Source of the DNA: Chromera velia
Lineage: Eukaryota
Direction of reading: 5' to 3'
Assembly (NCBI GenBank): GCA_018398765.1
Contig: JAHBMJ010000291.1
Coordinates: 1 to 51,553 of the forward strand
DNA: 51,553 bases
Below are positions 12,106 to 24,863 of the stretch, piece by piece. The position numbers were made by a program, and so were the translations under genes. Below the pieces are notes generated by a model. It was not told the DNA's origin. It was given only the letters and a program-made list of their open reading frames with translations, and did no database searches. The first letter of the stretch is position 1; each line of letters opens with the position of its first letter.

Positions 12106-14151
12106 TGACGAAGTACGAGATTTAGCTATGTGCAGCGTTGGGTGACGACACTGACGAGAGTTCTCAAATCAGCCCCTGCTGTCGGTTTATTCTACTTCTC
12201 GTACATTGCCTCCTTTCCTACTAGTCAGAAGGAGTACCAAACGACGGTCTGTCCACTTTCTGCTCCATCTACGTCCAGAAAAGACATCTGCCGGTCGATC
12301 GATCTGTACCGTCAAACGATACATACATGCCGATGATGCAACTGATTCTCTCTATCGGTGAAATAGAGCAATTAACTCAGCCATATCGATAAATCGACGC
12401 GTGCGCTCACACTTGCGCGCGCTGCCTTTGCGAGCCACCCCAATTTCTCCAACTTTTTGCGCTCCGGCCAAGCTATCTCTTCGGCGGTCTCACAGACAAG
12501 CCCTTAAGACTTCATCAGTGCATCCTTTTCTTTTGCACGGAGTGCGCACCTTACTTCTTCTCTTCCTGTTTTTGAATAAAACACCACACTTTTGAGGACT
12601 GATATTTCCTTCTTTCTCTGGTTCCATTGATATGAAGCACGCTGATATCATGCAGGGAAGAGGTTTCTCAAATTTTCTGCGAGTCAGTCTACAAGCAAGG
12701 CGAGAGAGATCTCTAATATTCTGTCTGCTGCAAGAGAGGTCTCAAATTACATTCCAGACAAAACGATCGACTCTTGCTTTCACCTCATGAATGCATCAGA
12801 TTGATGAAAGAAATGTGTCTGCACAGACAAAGAAGGTACGGGAAAGAATTCTGCAGTCTTTGCATCATTTTTTTTTTTTGAAGCTTTTCTTCCCCTTTTC
12901 CATCATGGTGTCGTTCAATTCTCTTCTCAACTGAATCACGTTCTTTCTTTCCATCCACCCCATCTCTGTTCTGCTCTGTTGTCTTTCGATTTGTGTACAC
13001 GCCCGTACTCGTATGAACAAATCGGGTTATCCTTCTCTCAGCTTTCTGCCTCACACAGTGTACTAGGCAGTGTACCTCCATGAACGCATTCACGCTTTCC
13101 TCCCACCTCTCTTGCCTTTTTCTCCTTTCCTCTTCCCCCCGATGCATGCATCCTAGCAAGAACGAACAAGAAAAAGAGGCATGCACGAATTCTGCACAGT
13201 CATGCCCAACACACACAGGAGCCCTTTCCGTCTGAACCTTTCGACTTCACATGATGGAGCGGTCGCTTCGTTAACCTACATATGTATGAGCACTGCTCTT
13301 TTCTCTAGATGTTCACCGCAAACCCCTCTTCTTGCTCCTCCGAAGACTCTTGGGAACCGTTTGTGAGGTGGATGATCATGTGGATGCCGATCGGTCTTCT
13401 GTCGTGTCCTTTGCATGGTCGATCCATGCGTGAGAGATCTCTGAACGAACGGACGCCAACGTCTCCTTTTTCCTTATCGATGTTCTGTTCGACTCGCGAG
13501 CTGTCCGGAGATCTTCAACTGGACATCTCAAACAGAGGAAAGAAGACATGCTACACCGATACAAACTCTGGCATTCTGTATTTAGATTCTTGCCAGATCG
13601 GAAACAAAGATTTGGACAGGAAGAAGATGAAGAATGAAAGACTGTGACAAGAGACCGATGGCTTTGCTACTAGCTGATTGGAGAAGAAACCATCTTGGAA
13701 GAAAGTTTTGGAAGTGAGGGCTGGCTGCCCCCCACTTCCGTCACCACTTGAGGAAGTACGAGATTTAGCTATGTGCAGCGTTGGGTGACGAGAGTTCTCA
13801 AATCAGCCCCTGCTGTCGGTTTGTTCTACTTCTCGTACATCGCCTCCTTTCCTACTAGTCAGAAGGAGTACCAAACGACGGTCTGTCCACTTTCTGCTCC
13901 ATCTACGTCCAGAAAAGACATCTGCCGGTCGATCGATCTGTACCGTCAAACGATACATGCATGCCGATGATGTAACTGATTCTCTCTATCGGTGAAATAG
14001 AACAATTAACTCAGCCGTATCGATAAATCGACGCGTGCGCTTACACTTGCGCACGCTGCCTTTGCGAGCCACCCCAATTTCTCCAACTTTTTGCGCTCCG
14101 GCCAAGCTGTCTCTTCGGCGGTCTCACAGACAAGCCCTTAGAACTTCATCA
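12106..14151 (-). mobile_element. Non-autonomous LTR retroelement (TRIM/LARD-like), ~2.05 kb
   Basis: TG...CA direct repeats 12106-12517 and 13749-14151 (~405-410 bp, near-identical). 5 bp TSD GTTCT (12101-12105, 14152-14156). On the minus strand a PBS-like TGGTGACGGAAGTGGG follows the 5' LTR and a purine tract AAAAGAAAAGGA lies just before the 3' LTR. No recognisable gag/pol inside. Confidence 0.88.
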
Positions 14152-14745
14152 GTTCTAGAGGTACATCTTAATTAGCAGGCTAGCAGATTGTCTTAGATAT
14201 TCCCAGACTTCTTAATCAGTTAATATCAGTTAATCGAGTTCTTAATAAATTCCGTAGGATAATTTTTATCCCTCCAATAAATCTCATTTCCCACTATTTC
14301 CCACAAAGATATTTTAATATTTTAACTAGCTTTTTGATTCACTTGATAAAGTACTGTCAGTGTCAAAATGTATGAGCATGGTTAAGCATGGTGCATTTGT
14401 GCTTTAAAAACCAAATCACATATTTTTGTGCTGCGCTGTTGTACCCCCACAGCTTACACTGTCACTAGCACTGTCACTACAGTCAAAAGAGCAAAAGGAA
14501 AGAAAGTCATGCTTAAGAACCATCAGTTGCGGCTTTCTAACCCCTGGCCCCGCTCCGTCTATCCCGTCACTCCGTTTTAACAAAGATGCGGTAACTGTCT
14601 TGACGACTTTCAAAACCATCTCATGGAACGATGTTTCCCAAGCCTGTCTAGTTAGGACATCTCAGTGTCGCTGTTTTTTGCTGCTCTGACTGAAAATAAG
14701 AAATCTTGAACGCCGGAGACCGATCGAGGGTCTTCGATCGCACCC

Positions 14746-15631
14746 TCAAAGCGCTACCTCTTGTACAAGTCTGGCATCTATTTCGTCCCCCTGCGTGCCC
14801 CTGCTTGAAAACACTTCCTCCACCGCTGTCAACAGTCGCTCTGCCGATTCGCTTACGAGCTGACGATGTGCACTTTCAACATTGGCCCTCTTTTGCAGGT
14901 ACTGCTCCCAGGAGGTGCGCCGAAGCGTCTCAAAGAAGGAAACATACGAAGCGGACCACCAGCCGATGGCATCCATGTCTCCATGCAGCCATGAGAAAGC
15001 ATTTCGGGTTTCGAGATCACCGTGAAGAGGAGTGCCTGCAATGCAAACAATCAGGAGACATCAGCGGACGCCAAGAGAGAGCGTTGAAATGGAGAGTGAC
15101 TAAACTCAGTGGAAGAGATCTAGGTGAGTAATACGTATGCCGATGTGAGTATTTCATGAGGGAGGAAGCCAAAGTCTTCGTTGAATAGAACAGCAGGACA
15201 GCCGATCTGATGCAGAAGGTCGATTAGACCCTCCACAACCTCGGTGTGGAAGTTGAAATGAGAATTCACAACACGAACCCGCACCTCACATCTTTGACAA
15301 CTCGCACGGGAGGGTGAAGAGGGTCTAGGCGGTTGCCCCTGAATAAGATGACCCATCCGGTCTGTGCTCCTTAGTTCGTGCTCCTCTTTGGAACAACGCT
15401 GATCCGAATCGGATGCAACCGGCAAAGAGGATGTCTCGCTAAAAGCAGAGACGGGTTTCCCACTCGTCAGCTCGGAAGCTTTAGGTCTGCAAGAAGAAGT
15501 CATTCTCCTTTGGTGTTCGAGGAAGATAACTGAGAGAATGCGAAGAGGAAGAATATTGAGATTGTTCGAGAGGGAGACGCGAGAGACGGAAACGGGAAAA
15601 TGCAAAACGGGAAAGAGGAAATCAGAAAGAA

Positions 15632-15671
<40 letters not shown>

Positions 15672-16765
15672 GCAAGGAGGCAGAGAGAGAGACGTACGTT
15701 CAAAAAGAGGCGCACGCACACACATACACACACGCGCGCGCGGGTGCACGTGCGCGCATGCAGATGAAAGGTGAGGGTAGAAGAGCACCCTACACACACA
15801 GCTGGATGCTAAACATGTCACCCTAGCTTTGAACAAACCACAATTAAGCGTACCTGCCTCTTGTTGTTTGTGGCTTCATGGTCCCCCCCAGAGGCCATTT
15901 TTGAAGTGTGTCTGCGAGAGAAAGGAAAGCCGTCGGGTCGAATGCGCATTCGAAGGCCTCATCAGATCCCGAGAAGTCCGGAAGACCTTCTCCGTTACTG
16001 CAGATCCAGGCGAGAAATAAAACTTCGTGGGGAAACACATCACTGGACGAATAAAACTTCTCCATCCAGGGCGCAAGCCTCTTCTCATCATGACTTTCTC
16101 GGAAACCCTCCGACATGGAGATCTTCCTGAAGTGCCATGTTCGAACATTGATTGCCTTAGGGGCAGTTGCAAAATGAATNNNNNNNNNNNNNNNNNNNNN
16201 NNNNNNNNNNNNNNNNNNNNNNNNNNNNNNNNNNNNNNNNNNNNNNNNNNNNNNNNNNNNNNNNNNNNNNNNNNNNNNNNNNNNNNNNNNNNNNNNNNNN
16301 NNNNNNNNNNNNNNNNNNNNNNNNNNNNNNNNNNNNNNNNNNNNNNNNNNNNNNNNNNNNGTTTTTTGGAACGCCCTTGGAGGGAAGTCCGACCTTCTGC
16401 CTACAAAATTCATACAGATCCATATCGACGCCAAGGAGCACGGGGGCCCGACGGTGAAAAGAGTCAGCAATTCTGTAGGACTCAGCCCCTATCGAGTTTC
16501 CCTTCAAGTCAAGTGCCTTCACACCAACCATCCAGTTCTGGTCGCAGCTGAGAGGGTCAGAGAGAATCCTTTCAAAGTACTCGCGGGCTGAGACCGTCCC
16601 TCCACGAGACCAACACCTTTGTGCTGGGGGGTCCCTCCAGTTTAAGATCCTCCCACCCTTTGCGTCCCACATTCTCCAAAACCTGCTTTCGAAAGGGACC
16701 GAGACCTTACCTACTGTGCGTGCCATCAGCGAGCAAAAAGCAAGAAGGTTTGTTAGCATCTGCAT
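14746..16765 (-). pseudogene. Internally deleted tandem copy (A) of the glycosyltransferase-like gene at 18184-22874; spans an N-gap (16180-16360)
   Basis: 15133-17055 is near-identical to ~21196-23187 and ~14690-15131 matches ~18120-18579. The ~2.6 kb of copy B between these blocks is absent, and exon 2 runs into a stop (ILTSAYVLLT*). Confidence 0.75.
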
Positions 16766-17084
16766 CTCAACAGCAAGTATGTGAAAGGGCTCTCCCGAGA
16801 ATGCACACAGTCGATCAGATCAGGTTGCACGTTTCCAACTGGATCAGATCAGGATGCGGCTCCCCCGACCCGATGTGTCTTTCCTTTACGCAGTGCTGCA
16901 GTACCGCCACTACACTTTTAATCGCTAGAATTTTCTGTCCATCGCGTCAAGCAACACACCTTCTTATCATACCAGCCAGATACAGGACCGGAGAGACACT
17001 ATTAATAAAGAGTCGTGTCGATCATAACATGCATGACTGATTGCCTGACCTGCATTTTCACATGCAGGCGGGACATGCCGGGTC

Positions 17085-17140
17085 GGGCGACGCGCGGGCG
17101 ACGGGCGACGGGCGACGGGGCGACGGGTGACGGGCGGCGA
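17085..17140. repeat. Short GC-rich 7-bp tandem repeat (GGGCGAC)n
   Basis: gggcgacgcgcgggcgacgggcgacgggcgacggggcgacgggtgacgggcggcg seen directly. Confidence 0.8.
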
Positions 17141-18183
17141 GGGGCTGGCGATTAATGCCCGCGCGCGTTGATGCAGTGACATTCCGTGGAATCCGAATCA
17201 GATGCAGTGGAGGAGCTAGGGTGTGCGTTAGTGTGCATGCCGTCCGAATGAATCGTTGCATGCTGAATACCTTCCATCGCTTACGCGTACGTGTGCTTCT
17301 ATGAACATTGGCTAAGATTTTAGAAGATTGTAAATTGTAGAATTTCAGTTAGTCTAGTAGAATTTCAGCTAGCCTAGGCTAGAATTAGCTAACATTCTGA
17401 TCAATCGAATTTCTACGAATCCGAGCCAGCCAAATTTTTTTAAATTTTAAATTGCAAAAAAAAAAAATGAAGATTTTAGATGGTTTTGAGATTGAAAATT
17501 TGATCATAATACTATGATAATAGTAAGATATGCTTAGTAGTTCTCTTTATTCGTATACCTAATATCCTATAAAATTTGCTAAAACCTACCAAAACCCCAG
17601 CCAAAAACCTATAACATCCACTAAAATCCTAAGTTACTACTGATTAACTCAAAATCAAACAAAATTGTAGCTACCTGTATATGATGAATTCAATTCGCTG
17701 GGTGGTTCAATAAAGATAACGATTAATACACACACACCATGGTTTTTTCTGAAGCGATCATTTTTTGTACATCTTTTTCATACTTTGTCTCTTTCATTCT
17801 CTGAATAAAGTACCGAGAGTCTGAAAATGTCTCTTGGTGCGTTTGTGCCTGTCAAAGCAATTTGAATTACATGATTTTGCATTGCATCAATTGTTGTATT
17901 TCTACAGTGACAAGTACAGTCAAAGGAGTAAAAGACGGCAAAGTCAAGCTTGAAAACCACCAGCTGAGGCTTTCTGCCTCCTGGCCCCTGTCCCTCTATC
18001 CCGTCATTTCATTTCAACGAAACATGCGGTAAGTCTCTTGGCGGCTTTCAAATCCATCTCCCGTAACGATGTTTTTCAAGCCTGTCCAGTTGAGACCTCT
18101 AAGTACCCCTGCTTCTTGCTGCTCTGACTGAAAATAAGAAATCTTGAACGCCGGATACCGATCGAGGGTCTTCGATCGCACCC

Positions 18184-20815
18184 TCAACGTGCTACCTCTT
18201 GTACAAGTCTGGCATCTATTTCGCCCCCCTGCGTGCTGCCCCTGCTTGAATTCGAATACGCTTTCTCCACCGCTGTCAACAGTCGCTCTGCCGATTCGCT
18301 TACGAGCTGACGATGTGCACTTTCAACATTGGCCCTCTTTTGCAGGTACTGCCCCCAGGAGGTGCGCCGAAGCGTCTCAAAGAAGGAAACATGCGAAGCG
18401 GACCACCAGCCGATAGCATCCATGTCTCCATGCAGCCATGAGAAAGCTTTCCGGCTTTTGAGATGACCATGAAGAGGGGTGCCTGCAATGCAAACAGCCA
18501 AGAGACATCAGCGGACGCCAAGAGAGAGCGTTGAAATGGAGAGTGACTAAACTCAGTGGAAGAAAACTAGGTGAGTAATGAAAGCCAATCCTCTCAAGGT
18601 GCAAGCCTGTGCGCTTTCCGGTGAAAAGAAATACACCGGGCTGCGTCATGAAACACCTCATTCATTTCTTTACTTTTGCCGCACTGGATCAACTGGATGG
18701 ATCTTCAGGGTGCCCATGAACGTCTCTCTGCCTAGTGCGCTCTCTCCCCCCTGAAAGGTGTCATGGTTTCAGGAGAACATGAAAAAATGCGGGGGGGAAG
18801 GTGAGATGGGGGATGAAAGATAAAGAAGAATGGATGGAGATCCATTCAAAACGAAAAATGTCTTTTTGAAAGAAACCCCCTGCCTGTTCGAACGTCCTCC
18901 ATGCTCTTCCACGGCTTATGGAAATATGCGAATACTGAAACGCAAATCCAAAGAAAAGAGAACCTTATCACTATTCTGTACTATGCTGGTACGTGTAAAC
19001 GAAAAAGGAAAAGGTCTTTCCACCTGAAGCTTGATTCTGTCTGACCTGTCGAAATGGCCAGTTGAATGGTGCTGGAGGTTTTCCTGCCGTTGTGGTAGAG
19101 CAGGGACGGAAAAGCGGTGAGGAGTGCCAACGAACAAGCGTTCTCGAGAACGAAATCGGTTCTGTGGTACAAGTCGGTCTCCATGCGTAGTTGCTGGGTG
19201 TCGTTCAGTCTGAGATGTTTCGGCAATGTGAAGAGCGCCCATGGATCGTAGTCGATCCGTCCTACTGCCTTCAGGAAAAGCCAATCTAGTAAACGATGAT
19301 CTTCCCTCCCGGCATGATCGTCTTGACTGAGTGAATTCTGATTCCTTTCTTCCTCTATGCTGTCGTCTGAGTTCTCTGCCAGGGGGGACGTGAGAATCGA
19401 ATTTCCATTTTTGGAGTCCTGAGAATTTTTTCTTTCGCTTTGAAATTGAAACCGTCTGGAGGCACCGAAGAACCAAAAGAGCCTGCTACGGGTGCACAAG
19501 AGAGTGCGAAGATGGTCACAAAAAGCGATAGCGCGCTTGTACCAAAATAGGGCATTGAGAGGCAGGGAATAGTTCCTTCGACTTGAATTCAAGGATCCTT
19601 GTAAAGCGAGTCCACCCAGAGTGAAGGTCTCTTTCCTCTCTGCATTCTCCACCACCCCGTCCGGTTCTCCCTGTCTCCTTCCCATACCCCACCCTGGCTG
19701 AATGCTCTCGTTATTCTTCTTCTTTTTCTTCTTTTCACTGTCGAACCTCTCCTGAAGAACTCCAGCCATGGAATTGTCTTTCTCTTTCTGTTTCTCTTTC
19801 TCTGCCTCTGGCAGGTCCGAGAACTCTGCCGAGCACTCAGCCTTGCCCACCAATTTCCAGAGAGGCGTATCGGGGGGGGTCGAGGGGGGACCCGACACTC
19901 TGACGGGGAGGCGTTTGGCCAGGAACAGCCAGAGGACCTCACGGGAGACCTGCAGGCAGACAGGAAGGAAGAGAAGAAATGCATGAATTAAGAAGGAAAA
20001 CGCAGATAGCAGATACGAAACGATCAACGTAGAGGGGGCAAAGGCCGAAAGAAGTGGAAAGTATTGATGTATGACGGACAGCATAAATGTTCAAATACGT
20101 GACAGCAAATACAGAAGCAAACAGAAACAGCCATCATACAATTTTAAGGAAAGACACAGACTTCAAAAAGAGAGAAAGAAAGAAACTGCATGCGTGAAAT
20201 TTTCAGTACATCAAACTTCTATGCGGACAACAAAAAAAAAAACAAAATCGCAAGAACGCACCTGGGGGATCCACGAATTTCCCTCTGTAGACATACGCAC
20301 GCTCTCTTCCACCCTGCAGCAGTGTATGAGAATTTCACATTTGCAAACAAGTCCATACGTGCTTTCATCCTTTTCTCTCTCTTCCACATACCCTCATCCC
20401 ATTCCCCGGCCCCCCACACACGGGGGGGGTCTCCCTCGGTGTCATGCTAGCACACACAAACACTCTCTCTCTGCACCGACCTCTCGATATAATCTTTTTG
20501 GATTCGTAATTTCCTTTCTCGATCTAAATCCTTCGAACTCTCTCTTTTACGTCTAGAAGCGTTTCAGCAGATGTGCATGTGCGAGAAGAAAATAGACGCA
20601 GAGACGCTTTGTTTCGCATCTCCGTGAGAACAGGGAACTCGCTGGAGTCGAAACAGAAAGACAAAGAGATAGACTGACAGACGGACGGACGGACAGACAG
20701 ACAGACTGTATGACTTATTTCTTTTTCTTTCAGACCGACAGACAGACAGACAGACAGACGGATAAAAAAACAGACAGACGGAAAGCGACACAGAGACAGA
20801 CAGACAGAGCCAGAA

Positions 20816-20852
<37 letters not shown>

Positions 20853-21702
20853 GGAAAAAAGAGATGGACAGACAGAGAGACAGATAGACAGATAGATGGA
20901 GAGGCAGAGAGAGAGACACAGAGACACAGACACAGGCACAGACAGTCAGTCAGTTATCCAGACCTGTTCGCAACGTTGGGGTTCAGCGTGACGAGCCGAA
21001 TGTTTACTTCCGAGGGGAGGTCCATTTCTTCTAGCGTCTTTCTGACAAACCGTAGGTAGAACGTTTCGTGAACAACGAGGAAGACTGCCCTCGCCCCCGT
21101 CTCCTTCAACACCGCAGGCAAGATCTTCAATCCCATCGCTTCCATGGTGTCAGCTGTAGTGAAGAACACGGCCTCCGCCGGCCCGTCTGATCTTTCGTAT
21201 GCCCTTGTGAGTATTTCATGAGGGAGGAAGCCAAAGTCTTCGTTGAATAGAACAGCAGGACAGCCGATCTGATGCAGAAGGTCGATTAGACCCTCCACAA
21301 CCTCGGTGTGGAAGTTGAAATGAGAATTCACAACACGAACCCGCACCTCACATCTTTGACAACTCGCACGGGAGGGTGAAGAGGGTCTAGGCGGTTGCCC
21401 CTGAATAAGATGACCCATCCGGTCTGTGCTCCTTAGTTCGTGCTCCTCTTTGGAACAACGCTGATCCGAATCGGATGCAACCGGCAAAGAGGATGTCTCG
21501 CTAAAAGCAGAGACGGGTTTCCCACTCGTCAGCTCGGAAGCTTTAGGTCTGCAAGAAGAAGTCATTCTCCTTTGGTGTTCGAGGAAGATAACTGAGAGAA
21601 TGCGAAGAGGAAGAATATTGAGATTGTTCGAGAGAGAGCCGCGAGAGACGGAAACGGGAAAATGCAAAACGGGAAAGAGGAAATCAGAAAGAAGGAAAGA
21701 GA

Positions 21703-21754
<52 letters not shown>

Positions 21755-21800
21755 CCTTCAAAAAGAGGTACACACGTACGTACGCACACACACACACGCG

Positions 21801-21844
<44 letters not shown>

Positions 21845-22874
21845 GTGACAGACGCGCGCGCCCGCATGCAGATGAAAGGTGAGGGTAGAAGAGCACCTAC
21901 ACATACAGCTGGATGCTAAACATGTCACCCTAGCTTTGAACAAACCACAATTAAGCGTACCTGCCTCTTGTTGTTCGTTGCCGCTTAATGACCCCCCCCA
22001 GAGGCCATTTTTGAAGTGTGTCTGCGAGAGAAAGGAAAGCCGTCGGGTCGAATGCGCATTCGAAGGCCTCATCAGATCCCGAGAAGTCCGGAAGACCTTC
22101 TCCGTTACTGCAGATCCAGGCGAGAAATAAAACTTCGTGGGGAAACACATCACTGGACGAATAAAACTTCTCCATCCAGGGCGCAAACCTCTTCTCATCA
22201 TGACTTTCTCGGAAACCCTCCGACATGGAGATCTTCCTGAAGTGCCATGTTCGAACATTGATTGCCTTAGGGGCAGTTGCAAAATGAATCTGCCGCCCTT
22301 CTTGCACAGGAATTCTCCCGAGGGCCGCACACAAAAGGAAGTGGGCGTTCGCACAGGGAGTCCATTTTTTGAATCCGGCCTCTGGGCCTTCGGCGCGCAA
22401 CACAACGAATTCCGCGGCAGTGCACGCTTCCGCGATCCACTCGCTGGCCTAGTCGCTGGCTTCGAATATGTTTTTTGGAACGCCCTTGGAGGGAAGTCCG
22501 ACCTTCTGCCTACAAAATTCATACAGATCCATATCGACGCCAAGGAGCACGGGGGCCCGACGGTGAAAAGAGTCAGCAATTCTGTAGGACTCAGCCCCTA
22601 TCGAGTTTCCCTTCAAGTCAAGTGCCTTCACACCAACCATCCAGTTCTGGTCGCAGCTGAGAGGGTCAGAGAGAATCCTTTCAAAGTACTCGCGGGCTGA
22701 GACCGTCCCTCCACGAGACCAACACCTTTGTGCTGGGGGGTCCCTCCAGTTTAAGATCCTCCCACCCTTTGCGTCCCACATTCTCCAAAACCTGCTTTCG
22801 AAAGGGACCGAGGCCTTACCTACTGTGCGTGCCATCAGCGAGCAAAAAGCAAGAAGGTTTGTTAGCATCTGCAT
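18184..22874 (-). CDS. Putative secretory-pathway glycosyltransferase-like (GT-B-like) protein, copy B, 5 or more exons, with an in-frame TAG in exon 1 (possible pseudogene)
   Basis: Phase-compatible exons ~22874-21962, ~21549-20964, ~20641-20551, ~19950-19046, 18482-18184. Signal-like N-terminus MQMLTNLLAFCSLMA. Motifs VVNSHFNFHTEVVEGL, AVFLVVHE, ALQGSLNSSRRNY and KTSSTIQLAISTGTPL resemble GT-B donor-binding regions. TAG at 22449-22451. Confidence 0.55.
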
Positions 22875-24169
22875 CTCAACAGCAACTATGTGAAAGGGCT
22901 CTCCCGAGAATGCACACAGTCGATCAGATCAGGTTGCACGTTTCCAACTGGATCAGATCAGGATGCGGCTCCCCCGACCCGATGTGTCTTTCCTTTACGC
23001 AGTGCTGCAGTACCGCCACTACACTTTTAATCGCTAGAATTTTCTGTCCATCGCGTCAAGCAACACACCTTCTTGTCATAGCGGCCAGACACAGGACCGG
23101 AGAGAAACTATTAATAAAGAGGCTTGTCAGAACATGCATGTCAGACAACGTGCAGTCAGATCATGCATGCTGATTGCCTGACCTGCATGCATGCATGGGT
23201 TGTCAATGTCAGACGCGGGGTGCAATTGTTCCCCCGGCCCCTGCATGGCTTTAATTTAGCGAGGTTGCCCAGCCTGCTCGGCTGGGGCCTCGGGGTCCGA
23301 CATATGCATGCGTGGTCTATCAGTCTACAAACTAGTCAATCATGTTTACTAATTTCACTGCTTAATTCGAAACTACCCCTGTCCTCTAAACCCCCCCCAC
23401 TCCTTTAGTTCCTATTGTTGGCCAGCTCTACGACGTCGTTGTACCCCGCTCCCTTCCCTATCCCTAGTTCCTCCCTATCTCCCTCCTCGTATACGTTACC
23501 AGCCCACACAGACAGCAGGCTGATCGATGTTCTCTCTACAGTACTCTGGAGGCTTTCCCCCCTCACCCTTTTCCCATGAGGAGATTTGCGTTACTAAATA
23601 AAAAAAGGCCCTCGAATTTGAAGTGAATAAAATGAAAAGTATTAAATATTGAATGAATAAACTTTATTTTATTCTAAATTTCAAAGTTATCATCCGAATC
23701 GTCAAGGCCTAGTAAGGCCTAGAGTCGCTTAAAACAATTCAAAGTATAGTTTAGAGTTCTAACTTAACTTGTACCAAATTACTTTAAACTATTACATCTA
23801 AATTTATGTAAATTGCTTCAGTTTTTCATTCTAAATTACGCTAAGTTACTTAAAAATTGATTTGCTTGTATGCCAGTGCATGAGGCATGTGTGGTCTAAA
23901 CTACGATCGATCTAAAAACTTTTGCCATCACCGTCTCCAACCGAGACGACCACCGGCTCCATGCGGCCCATGCCTCCCACCCTAGCTCCCACCCTCCATT
24001 TCATTTTTCAATCAATTGGCTTTCTTCCAAACTACATGAGAGACAAGGCAGGAGAAGGTCTCCGGACCCCAACAGCAGCAAATCCATGCAGCAGTGAGTC
24101 ATGACTGTGCGATATACACGCAAGCATGAAGTCTGCATTCCATCCATATGAATTCATGCCCAGGTATGG

Positions 24170-24400
24170 AACCTCCAGATAATCTAAAGAAAACTGCATC
24201 TTTCCTTCCAACAAGCGGATGGAAAGGCGAACGGATGACGAGTGCCCAGAGGACGCCGAACGTTCAGAGACTGTTTGTCTGTCCGGCCATCAGAGCTCCT
24301 CGACACTGCTGAACTTTTCCGTCTCTTCGCCTGCATGGCCATCGGACTTCATCTTGTTTGGTTGGCTCGTTTGTGTTTTTTGACTACTCCGCCGTACGCG
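24170..24400 (-). pseudogene. 3' remnant of a third 2OG-Fe(II) oxygenase paralog
   Basis: Encodes ...AGEETEKFSSVEEL* followed by tgatggccggacagacaaacagtctc, matching the end and 3' flank of 29260-30102 (AGEREKEKFDVEEL*, tgatggacagacagaccgaccgtctc). No catalytic core is recognisable upstream. Confidence 0.6.
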
Positions 24401-24863
24401 GAGAAGATCTGTTGCCGTACGTGGAGGCCCTTCCTGAACGCTCGCATTCCCAAAACGTCTCGCAGCCCCCCCCCCCGCCTTCGAGTCGACTGATGTCAGC
24501 AATGCCATGCTGCACACTTCTTTTTGTTCATGTACTTTCAAAATCTGTGGGAGGGATCCGGCAGAATATTGCAACACTAAACTTGAAGATAGTTCAGCAG
24601 CGCGTTCACACAGCCTTAGGTTGGCCGTACGTACGGCTGCGTGAGGCACTCTCCCGGAAGAACGAGGAACCACGTTAGTCGCATCATGCGTGATGGAAGT
24701 CAGCTGCGGATTCCGCTGAATCTAATCTACACGATATCGTCTTGCCAGAGATGACAAGCATCCCACTAGTAGTCAGGGCCTGACAGAGAGATAGACGAGG
24801 GGGGGACGATGTCCAGAAAGACTAGAGAGCATCCGGAGCATGTGATGGCTCTCTGTCTGTTCG

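Noticed and set aside
22137..22700. 187-aa plus-strand ORF (and its twin 16027-16551)
   Set aside because: Antisense shadow of the spliced minus-strand gene; no recognisable motifs.
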